From assembly GCA_938082985.1 (NCBI GenBank), contig CALLLO010000112.1, forward strand, positions 1 to 33,510: a stretch of 33,510 nt of DNA, given 5' to 3'. Position numbers and translations under genes: made by a program. How positions within the stretch are numbered: position 1 is the stretch's first letter; each line of letters opens with the position of its first letter. The notes below the pieces were generated by a model. It did no database searches, was not told the origin of the DNA, and saw nothing but the letters and a program-made list of their open reading frames with translations. The DNA is from an uncultured Candidatus Marinamargulisbacteria bacterium (lineage in GTDB: Bacteria > Margulisbacteria > Marinamargulisbacteria > GCA-2716485 > CALLLO01). This document shows positions 24,461-31,876 of this stretch, in pieces.

Positions 24461-26248
24461 ATGACACTGTTTCAACCTTTAATCGCATCTTTTAAATTCA
24501 GTTTACCCAGCTTAAAGCTAGCATGGAAAACGGCCCCCCCCTTGGTTTTACTTGTATTTGTACTCACTATTTTTTCTGCAATGTTACCTGTTGTTGTTGC
24601 CTATGTGGGTAAGGCCTTGATTGATGCGGTAGTGGATAAAAATGTTGAGCTCAGTGTTACTTTTGTTTTAATCGAAGGGGTCTTAGTTGTTGTGATGAAT
24701 GGGGTCAATAAGGGGTATAGCTCGACACAACAGTTGTTGGGCGTAAAGCTTGGCTATCATGTTAATACCATCATTTTAGAAAAAGCGGTGACCCTGGATT
24801 TACAACAATTTGAAAATCCTGATATTTATGACCAATTAGTGAAGGCGCGTCGGAATGCCTCTAGCCGTCCCGCGTCGATGCTTAATGACTCACTAAATGT
24901 CGTGAAGCATACGATTACATTTTTAAGCTATATTGGCGTGCTGGCAACGTATAGTGCATGGATGGTGGTCGGTTTAATGGTGGCGGCGATACCTGGCACT
25001 GTTTCTGAAATGAAATTCTCTAATATGGGATTCCGGCTTAGGAACTGGCGATCACAAGATAATCGAAAATTAAACTACCTTGAAGTTGTGCTTAGTAACG
25101 ATGAACATGCTAAAGAGGTGAAGATTTTAGGGGTATCGGATGTATTGCTGTCTCGGTATAAATCCCTTGCGTCTAGATTTTATAAGGAAGATAAGACCTT
25201 AGCTGTAAAAAAATCGCTGTGGGGATATGTATTAGCTCAGCTTTCGACTGCCTCATTTTATGGCTGTTACATTGTTTTGGTTAGTAGTGCCGCGATTGGA
25301 ACGATTAGCCTTGGGCTGCTTACCTTTTATTTAGCAGCATTTAGACAAGGACAGATGGCTTTTCAAAATACATTGATATCACTTGGAAGTATGTATGAAA
25401 ACAACCTTTATATGTCTAATTTGTTTGACTTTCTTAGTATCGAAACTAGTAAGTCGATACCTGTCCCAGCGTGTCCACACGTTCATTTTCAAGAAAAGGG
25501 GATACGATTTGAAAAGGTGGGCTTTCATTATCGAGATAAATCACAGTGGGCCTTGAGAGATATCTCCATGTTTGTTCCTGCGGGTGAAAAATTGGCTTTA
25601 GTTGGTCATAATGGGGCCGGGAAAAGTACCTTTATTAAACTTGTTTGCCGGCTTTATATACCTACAGAAGGCACTATTTATTTAGACGGAATTAATGTGC
25701 AAGAGTGGGAATATGCGTCTTTAACGAAGCGCTTAGGTATTGTATTCCAAGATTTTAATCGGTACCAATTTAGTGTCAGAGAAAATGTGGGGCTTGGTAA
25801 TATGGCTCGTATGAATGATGAGGCGTGTCTTCACAAGGCCATGAAGAATGGGGGTGCTGCTGAGCTACTCAATACCCTAACTAGGGGCTTAGATACACAG
25901 CTAGGGCGATGGTTTGATGATGGTGAAGAACTTTCAGGCGGACAGTGGCAAAAAATAGCCTTATCCCGAGGTTTTATGCGTGAAAATGCGGACATATTGA
26001 TTTTGGACGAGCCTACAGCGGCACTAGATGCTCAAGCTGAGCAAGATGTATTTGAACGATTCACACACTTAACAAAGGGCAAAACTAGTATCGTCATTTC
26101 ACACCGTTTCCCTACTGTACGAATGGCAGATCGGATTCTTGTCATAGAAAAAGGACGCATTGTGGAGCAAGGCTCACACACTGACTTATTAGGGCAAAAA
26201 GGTGTGTATGCACATCTTTTTAAGCTTCAAGCCAAAGGGTATGAGTAG
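24461..26248 (+). CDS. ABC exporter, fused permease-ATPase half-transporter (MsbA-like type I exporter)
   Basis: Six-TM N-terminal domain, Walker A GHNGAGKST, signature LSGGQWQK, Walker B ILILDEPT, and H-loop SHR. Confidence 0.9.
   Translation: MTLFQPLIASFKFSLPSLKLAWKTAPPLVLLVFVLTIFSAMLPVVVAYVGKALIDAVVDKNVELSVTFVLIEGVLVVVMNGVNKGYSSTQQLLGVKLGYHVNTIILEKAVTLDLQQFENPDIYDQLVKARRNASSRPASMLNDSLNVVKHTITFLSYIGVLATYSAWMVVGLMVAAIPGTVSEMKFSNMGFRLRNWRSQDNRKLNYLEVVLSNDEHAKEVKILGVSDVLLSRYKSLASRFYKEDKTLAVKKSLWGYVLAQLSTASFYGCYIVLVSSAAIGTISLGLLTFYLAAFRQGQMAFQNTLISLGSMYENNLYMSNLFDFLSIETSKSIPVPACPHVHFQEKGIRFEKVGFHYRDKSQWALRDISMFVPAGEKLALVGHNGAGKSTFIKLVCRLYIPTEGTIYLDGINVQEWEYASLTKRLGIVFQDFNRYQFSVRENVGLGNMARMNDEACLHKAMKNGGAAELLNTLTRGLDTQLGRWFDDGEELSGGQWQKIALSRGFMRENADILILDEPTAALDAQAEQDVFERFTHLTKGKTSIVISHRFPTVRMADRILVIEKGRIVEQGSHTDLLGQKGVYAHLFKLQAKGYE
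24534..24541. repeat. C8 homopolymer in codons 25-27 of the ABC exporter gene
   Basis: Eight consecutive C (ACG GCC CCC CCC TTG), counted directly. This is the longest G/C run in the window. Confidence 0.9.
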
Positions 26249-26249
26249 G

Positions 26250-26822
26250 CTATTTAGAAAGCGCATGATAAAGGCTAAACGATGCAACAGCATCACAGGC
26301 GGCATATGTAATTTGTGTTGGAGTGAGTGTCTGTCTGGCCCAGTTTGAGACTTGTGCATTTTTTGATAAGCGTTGCTTTAGAAAGAGTGCCGTAAGTCCC
26401 CTTAATCCAAGATTTAGAATGTTCTTTTCTTTGGCTATCTCAGACAGGTCAACAACATTGTGGGGAGTAAAGGGATGTCTTTTTTGTAATGCCTTGATAT
26501 CCTCTCTAACAGCTACGCCAGCCTTTACAATAGTTGGGTTGGCCAAAATATCAGCGAGTTCTTTCATCATAGGAAAGGTATTTAGTCTAAATAGGTAAGA
26601 GGTCGTGTGGGTGGCCAACTGCAAGAGTGCTACAGGGTAGCGTTCACCTTTCCTAAACGATGCTCGAGTCTCCGTGTCAAACCCTAAAACCGTTTCATTT
26701 TTTAAGTCGGCAATGGCAAGAAGGGCATCTTTTTCTGACTCGATGAGTATAATGGTTCCATTAAATACATATAGGGGTAGTGTATTGATGTCATCTTTTG
26801 AAATGGATAAAGGATAGGTCAT
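26250..26822 (-). CDS. DEDDy-type 3'-5' exonuclease domain protein (RNase D / WRN-exo like)
   Basis: ExoI is GFDTET and ExoIII is YAACDAV (Yx3D). The 190-aa protein is a single domain. Confidence 0.75.
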   Translation of the reverse strand: MTYPLSISKDDINTLPLYVFNGTIILIESEKDALLAIADLKNETVLGFDTETRASFRKGERYPVALLQLATHTTSYLFRLNTFPMMKELADILANPTIVKAGVAVREDIKALQKRHPFTPHNVVDLSEIAKEKNILNLGLRGLTALFLKQRLSKNAQVSNWARQTLTPTQITYAACDAVASFSLYHALSK

Positions 26823-26828
26823 TTTGAT

Positions 26829-27284
26829 TTATTCGAGGAGTTCTATTCCTTGAGGGGTCATTTTTATTTTCCCTTGTTTATAAAGTTTACCGAGAGTTCG
26901 CTTAAACACCATTTTGCTTATTTGAAATGCATGTTTAATATCTTCGGGAGAACTTTTATCGTTAAAGCTAGACTTTCCACCAGCGGATTTAAGATGTTCT
27001 AGAATTTTGTCAGTCGTTGAAAAAACGTGATTACTTTGATTGGGTTGCAAGGATATATCTATTTTTCCATCTTGTCTTACACATTGTATATAGGCTTTGA
27101 GTTTTTCGCCCCGTTGGTACTCGTTATATACCTGATTCTTATAAACTAAGCCTATATATTCATTGTTTATAGCTACGTTTATGCCTAAAGCAGTGTAGGC
27201 GATTATTTCCGCGTTTACTTCCTGCCATGGCGTAAAAATGCCTGCTTCAACGGTGTCTTTCAAATGATCAAAGTTATAGTCCAT
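26829..27284 (-). CDS. S1-like RNA-binding domain plus winged-helix protein (C-terminal half of the CvfB/YitL family)
   Basis: GLVYKNQV...GEKLKAYIQCVRQDGKIDISLQP is followed by ILEHLKSAGGKSSFNDKSSPEDIKHAFQISKMVFKRTLGKLYKQGKI. This matches the DGKIDLS...L...GG.....DKSSPE.I.....SK..FK.A.G.LYK pattern of CvfB/YitL. Confidence 0.65.
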   Translation of the reverse strand: MDYNFDHLKDTVEAGIFTPWQEVNAEIIAYTALGINVAINNEYIGLVYKNQVYNEYQRGEKLKAYIQCVRQDGKIDISLQPNQSNHVFSTTDKILEHLKSAGGKSSFNDKSSPEDIKHAFQISKMVFKRTLGKLYKQGKIKMTPQGIELLE

Positions 27285-27335
27285 ATTTTTCCTTTTTTAT
27301 TTGTTTGTATTTTATTTAGCATGTACTTACGTCTT

Positions 27336-28298
27336 CTACATCAAAGAATGAAAAAACTCAGAGAACCATACGTATATGGGAATGCCTAATACTATATTAA
27401 AGGGGAAGGTGATACCTAAGGAAGCAGATAGAGATAAAGTTGCGTTGGCTTTTGGGAGGGCCATCTTCATGGCGGCGGGAGCGGCTATATAGGACGCGCT
27501 TGCAGCCAATGTGGCTAGTACAGCAGTACCACCAATAGATAGGCCGCTTAGGGTGCCAAAAACGCTACCAAGAGCGCCACTTAAGATGGGCATACATATT
27601 CCAAATGCTAGGAGAAAGGGACCTGAGCTTTTGAGATCTGAGAATCGATGTGAGGTTACAATGCCCATTTCTAATAAAAATACAGCTAAGGCGCCTTTAA
27701 ATAAGTCGAAGAATAAGGGTGTGATAGATAGGATTCTTTCTGGTCCTGATAAATAACCTACAAATAAGCCTGCCACTAATAAATAAATACTTTTCCCTAA
27801 AAAGACCTCGTGTAGGATCGCACCCCAGGAATGACTTTCGTTGGACGGTGTCGACTTTTTTCTAGCTAAAATAATACCTACCGCGATCGCCGGGATTTCT
27901 AGAATAACAAGCAATACGGTGATAAATGTTTCAAACCCTATGCCTAAACGGGTTAAATACGTTAAGACTACCGCGTAAGTTACGGCACTGACTGAGCCGT
28001 AATGAGCGGCAATAGAGGCTGCGTTTATGGAATCAAATTTACCTAGACGTCTTAATATGAAATAGGCGAGTAATGGAATGATGATACCTAGAGAGACAGT
28101 GGCAACTGCGGGTAACAGGGCTTCAGGGATATTGGATTCAGCTAAAGAGACGCCACCCTTCATGCCTATTGTAAAGAGGAGGTAGATACTGAGAGCTTCA
28201 TATATCTGAGTCGGTATGCGTAAATCTGATTTAAATAAGCCAGCACCAAGCCCTACAATAAAACAAAGAATAACGGGGTCTAAGAAATTTTCAAACAT
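27336..28298 (-). CDS. Sodium-dependent bicarbonate transporter family permease (SbtA-like, short form)
   Basis: About 10 TM helices. The N-terminus is MFENFLDPVILCFIVGLGAG and the C-terminal region is AASASYIAAPAAMKMALPKANATLSLSASLGITFPFNIVLGIPIY, which parallels the SbtA AASSSDISGPPTLRAGIPSANPS... region. An SD (GAAGGA) is present. Confidence 0.7.
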   Translation of the reverse strand: MFENFLDPVILCFIVGLGAGLFKSDLRIPTQIYEALSIYLLFTIGMKGGVSLAESNIPEALLPAVATVSLGIIIPLLAYFILRRLGKFDSINAASIAAHYGSVSAVTYAVVLTYLTRLGIGFETFITVLLVILEIPAIAVGIILARKKSTPSNESHSWGAILHEVFLGKSIYLLVAGLFVGYLSGPERILSITPLFFDLFKGALAVFLLEMGIVTSHRFSDLKSSGPFLLAFGICMPILSGALGSVFGTLSGLSIGGTAVLATLAASASYIAAPAAMKMALPKANATLSLSASLGITFPFNIVLGIPIYVWFSEFFHSLM

Positions 28299-28467
28299 AT
28301 TTATCCTTCATATAGTTTAAATGATTGTTACGTGAATGGTTGTTGAAGTCAGTGTCACATCATTATTTAAAGACTAACTTTAAGCCATTTAGAACAGGAT
28401 ATCCAGACTTTCCTTTCCTTAATAGTCTTGTCATCGTTTCAGGTGAATATAATTTAAGGCTTAATTT

Positions 28468-28476
28468 TGCTAAACT
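28468..28476 (+). promoter_or_regulatory. Extended -10 element (TGcTAAACT) 6 nt upstream of the GT9 ATG
   Basis: The sequence reads ttTGCTAAACTagccttATG. No SD is present. Confidence 0.35.
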
Positions 28477-28482
28477 AGCCTT

Positions 28483-29880
28483 ATGAAAGTGTTTAAAACC
28501 CCCATTAAAAAAATTTTAGTCGTTCGCTCCGATGCTATTGGAGATATGGTACTCACGCTTCCGGCTATAAAAGCCATTAAAGAAAAATTTCCTGATGCTC
28601 AGCTAACTGTTCTAGCGTCACCGGCTAATGCTCAACTACTTCCTTATTGCCCCTTTGTGGATGCCGTCATACTCAAAAAAGAGGGTAGGGGGATTAAAAA
28701 GGTATGGGGGTATTTTAAATTATTTAGGCAGCATAGCTTTGATTTGGTCATTCATTATTCAGTAAGAGATTATATCGTGTGGCCAAGTTGGTTGACGTCT
28801 AAATATCATGTTGGGGACAAGGCTCATCTTATTTTTTGGCCTATTTTTAGAAAGCTAGGGGTTTTTTATCGTAATCATAATCGGACGAATCATGTTTTGG
28901 ATTATAACTTTGAGATACTCAAAAAATTAGGGATAAAAAAAGCTACAGATACTAAGCTTGAGTTGTCTGTTCCTCAAGATATTAAAGATGACGGTAAAGC
29001 TTTATTAAGGCAGGCTGGTGTGGATATACATAAGCCGGTGATAGGGATTCATTGTGGGGTGGGATTTGGGAATAAGGCGATTGAAGCGGGGAAATATGTG
29101 AGCTTTATTCAAGAAGCTCTTAATCAACATGATGTTCAGTTTGTGTTGACTGGCTATACCGAGAAAGAAAAAGAAGCTATTTCCTACATTCTTGAACACT
29201 GTTCAGAATCGGTAAGCTATGTGGAAACAAAAACGTTGGATGAATTGTTGGGTGTACTCTCACATTATTCTGTTTATATAAGCGTAGATACCGGGCCCTT
29301 TCATATCGCAGCTTCGCTAGGGATCCCTATGCTGGCTATCTTTCCTACGAAGCGGGTGAAGCCTGTAAGTTGGGGCCCCTTGGGCACGCGTCATTTTGTT
29401 GTTAGGGCAAATCGACGTTGTTTACATGATTGTCCTCATCAAGGATGTCCGTATACGGTTTGTTCCGATGATATTTCTGTTAGAGATATGCTTGAGAAGT
29501 TTAAGGCTTTGTTGGTGGGGCAAGGCGTGTCGGATGTTGGAGATCAGTTGGTGTATTGGTTTAAAGAATCTTTGCATACGCTCGTTGTGTATGACGATGA
29601 CACTAAAGAAGACGCGGATGTGCTGTGTAAGAGTCTTCATGAATGGGGGTTTTATGCGATAAAGACACGTAAGGTAGATCTGAAAATATTAAGAGAAAAT
29701 GATATTTCTATTATTAGGAACTTAACAATTAAGAAAAAGCTGAGGTTTTTTTATTTGGCACAACGGGCCAATAAATTTTTGCATCATCCTCCTTTATGTG
29801 ATCATAGCCGAGAGGGAGTGAGTTCGGAGGCTGAGTGGGTCAATAGGTATAAAAAAATGTTTCATTTGAGACTCTTTTAA
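28483..29880 (+). CDS. Glycosyltransferase family 9 (LPS heptosyltransferase-like) with a ~125-aa C-terminal extension
   Basis: KKILVVRSDAIGDMVLTLPAIKAIKEKFPDAQLTVLA is the typical GT9 N-terminus. VSVDTGPFHIAASLGIPMLAIF matches the D(T/S)GP.HlAaA.g.P motif. Residues after about 340 have no recognised domain. Confidence 0.8.
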   Translation: MKVFKTPIKKILVVRSDAIGDMVLTLPAIKAIKEKFPDAQLTVLASPANAQLLPYCPFVDAVILKKEGRGIKKVWGYFKLFRQHSFDLVIHYSVRDYIVWPSWLTSKYHVGDKAHLIFWPIFRKLGVFYRNHNRTNHVLDYNFEILKKLGIKKATDTKLELSVPQDIKDDGKALLRQAGVDIHKPVIGIHCGVGFGNKAIEAGKYVSFIQEALNQHDVQFVLTGYTEKEKEAISYILEHCSESVSYVETKTLDELLGVLSHYSVYISVDTGPFHIAASLGIPMLAIFPTKRVKPVSWGPLGTRHFVVRANRRCLHDCPHQGCPYTVCSDDISVRDMLEKFKALLVGQGVSDVGDQLVYWFKESLHTLVVYDDDTKEDADVLCKSLHEWGFYAIKTRKVDLKILRENDISIIRNLTIKKKLRFFYLAQRANKFLHHPPLCDHSREGVSSEAEWVNRYKKMFHLRLF

Positions 29881-29980
29881 GCTGCAATTTCCTTTCGGCC
29901 GTTGTTTCTTTATCAAATAAGTCGTAGTCTTAGAGAGAAGAAATCGCTTCGATTGTTCAGTGGCGATTAAGGAAAAAACT

Positions 29981-30175
29981 ATGAAAAAAAATTATATCGT
30001 TGTCTTGCAAAACCAATACTTATTATTTTTTGCAGATAAACCTAAGAAAAAAGGGAATTATTTGAGCAATGTAAGATTGTTTGAAATGAATGAAACGACT
30101 AAAACTAAAGATATTTGCGCGTGGAGCAAGAATTATGAAGGGTCTGGGTTTTCAGAAGTTGCGGATTGGGAATAA
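29981..30175 (+). CDS. Small hypothetical protein (64 aa)
   Basis: ATG 29981 is preceded by AAGGA at 8-nt spacing. The track ORF opens at GTG 29960. It is followed by an intrinsic terminator at 30222-30247. No homology was recognised. Confidence 0.4.
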   Translation: MKKNYIVVLQNQYLLFFADKPKKKGNYLSNVRLFEMNETTKTKDICAWSKNYEGSGFSEVADWE

Positions 30176-30221
30176 GCGTTAGGTCGTTAATTTAAGACAT
30201 AAACTTTTTTTTAACAAAACA

Positions 30222-30247
30222 AGGGTGCTTTCGGGCACTCTTTTTTT
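30222..30247 (+). terminator. Rho-independent terminator
   Basis: The stem is AGGGTGC / GCACTCT (7 bp, one G-U), the loop is TTTCGG, and a T-run follows. Confidence 0.6.
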
Positions 30248-30327
30248 GTAGGTGTCGCTAGAGTCACATTCTATTGAGATTGTCTCGGCGCCGAAACAAT
30301 TGAGACTCATCTTGGCCTATTTCAGGA

Positions 30328-31042
30328 CACTAGTATCCGGTAAAAATAAAATAACTTCAGCATAAAACAGGCAAAAAAAAACACGTCGCAGACGTGCATT
30401 TAAAAGATAAAATAGGCTATCCTCAGTATTCGACTAAAAACGCGGAGGAATAGCCTATGACTAAATTTAGCACAGTTTTAAATCAATTATTACAATTTTT
30501 GGCCCAACAAGAGTTTGAGAGGTCAATAAAACAGTTTAAATGAGACCGATATGTAAAATATTTCACCCGCTGACTCAGCACACGACATTTACATTTAAAA
30601 ACCCTAAACAAGGTAAAAAATTACCTGGAAAACTTCGCCTAATTGGCTATTATGACCATGAAAAAAAACGTATACTTTTTTAACCCATAATTTTAAATTA
30701 GCCGCCATTACCATTGCCAAGATTTATAATGCGCGTTGGATGATTGACTTGTTCTTCAAATGGATTAAGCAAAATCTTAAAATTAAGTCTTTTTTAGGCA
30801 GGTCCAAAAACGCCATACTTTCTCAAATTTGGGTCGCCATGATTTATATACTTTTGTTGGCTTATATTAAATTTCAATCCCGATTTTTCTTTCCTATTCT
30901 GAAATTAGCTCGTTTTATTGATGAAACTCTCTTTTTTTCGTCAACATCTTATTGAAATCATGGGGTTAGCTCCTCAAAAAATTCAGGATTTATCGCCGAT
31001 TGGGCAGCTTTTACTCTGCTGATTTTTTACTGGACACTAGTG
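30328..31042 (+). mobile_element. Internally deleted, non-autonomous IS4-family (DUF4372-type transposase) element, 715 bp
   Basis: The terminal inverted repeats CACTAGTATCCGGTAAAAA (30328-30346) and its counterpart at 31024-31042 match at 17/19 positions. An SD (GGAGGA) precedes ATG 30457, which encodes MTKFSTVLNQLLQFLAQQEFERSIKQFK*DRYVKYFTR*, the N-terminus typical of DUF4372/IS4 transposases. The C-terminal part (about 30612-30955) reads ...KLRLIGYYDHEKKRILF/FLTHNFKLAAITIAKIYNARWMIDLFFKWIKQNLKIKSFLG, with a frameshift in a T6 run at 30676-30681. The catalytic core is missing. Confidence 0.7.
30373..30396 (-). terminator. Minus-strand terminator-like hairpin inside the left end of the IS remnant
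   Basis: The minus strand reads CACGTC tgc GACGTG followed by T9. The stem is only 6 bp. Confidence 0.35.
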
Positions 31043-31220
31043 AAAACGAGTCAGTTATATAAGAAACATATTGAGATATCTATAGAGAACACCTTTGTTG
31101 TATTCGAGCCCTTAATTATTGTTATTAGGGGAGTCTTTGTGTTGATGCTTGTGTTAGGTATTTTTTATGGGTAGGATTAACTCATTCACAATAAAAAATT
31201 CAAATAAAAAGAGGGATAAT

Positions 31221-31622
31221 ATGATGAAGGAAAAGATTTAAAAAGGGTTTACGTTAGTAGAGCTCATTGTCGTTATTGCAATTTTAGGTATAGTAGCCGT
31301 TGTGGCCGTTCCTAAATATTACGATACGACTACAACAGCTAAGTTAAATACACTTCAAGGCCAACTAGGAACGATCCGTGGAGCACTCTCACTTTATTAT
31401 GCTGACCAAGCCTTATCAACAGGAACAGCAACATATCCTACAACGCTCTCTGCTAGTTTATTTAGTGATGGAACTATCCCAGTAGACCCCTATGATTCTG
31501 CTTCTACAGTAACGGTAACTGCGGAAGATCCTATTACAACCTTTTCGGGAGTAGGTGGCTGGGTTTATAACGCGGCGACAGGGGAAGTCAGAGCTAATGT
31601 TACGGGGCATACCGCCCTCTAA
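31221..31622 (+). pseudogene. Type IV pilin / pseudopilin gene with a nonsense codon in the leader peptide
   Basis: An SD (GAGGGA) precedes ATG 31221, which reads MMKEKI-TAA(31239)-KGFTLVELIVVIAILGIVAVVAVP. This is the prepilin cleavage/methylation motif G|FTLVE. No start codon is possible between the TAA and the cleavage-site Gly. Track ORF 31302-31622 is only the mature-domain part. Confidence 0.65.
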
Positions 31623-31809
31623 AAAGTGGCTCTCATCTCCACGGCTAAACAAGTCAAAAGCACCCTCAAACAACTACAATCGCAAGCTATTCGTACACAA
31701 AAAATGAAAAAATTAGTGTTTAGTCTCAGATTGGTATTACGACAATAATTTAGGCATACTGACACTCTCAGCCCAGTCACAGGTAGATGAGATTACGATT
31801 ACGTTTTAA
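31623..31809 (+). pseudogene. Remnant of a minor pilin (GspH/FimT-like), N-terminally truncated and frameshifted
   Basis: KVALISTAKQVKSTLKQLQSQAIRTQKMKKLVFS resembles the helix that follows the hydrophobic N-terminus in GspH/FimT-type pseudopilins. A second frame ends in GILTLSAQSQVDEITITF*. There is no start codon and no methylation motif. Confidence 0.3.
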
Positions 31810-31876
31810 TTTTGTTCAGAAACGAAAAAGTTAATAGGGCTGTTTAATTCGTTTAAAAAAAGGTATAGGTAGATGT

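Noticed and set aside
30541-30570. Two in-frame TGA codons in the IS transposase N-terminus, one at the position of the conserved Trp in ...FT(C)W, suggesting UGA recoding
   Set aside because: The host clearly uses UGA as a stop: there is an RF2 gene with a UGA frameshift site, and secA and other genes end in TGA. The element is also internally deleted and frameshifted. TGG to TGA decay is the simpler explanation.
30272-31077. The 9-mer TATTGAGAT on both sides of the IS remnant (30272-30280 and 31069-31077) as a target-site duplication, plus an ATTGAGA-hairpin-ATTGAGA structure at 30273-30305
   Set aside because: The copies lie 48 and 27 nt outside the inverted repeats, not adjacent to them. 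No alternative IRs are found just inside them. A chance 9-mer match is plausible at this scale.
31812-31850. Hairpin AAACGAA...TTCGTTT upstream of sdaA as a terminator or riboswitch element
   Set aside because: It is followed by an A-run rather than a T-run on the plus strand, and the T-run precedes it on the minus strand. I recognise no riboswitch consensus.
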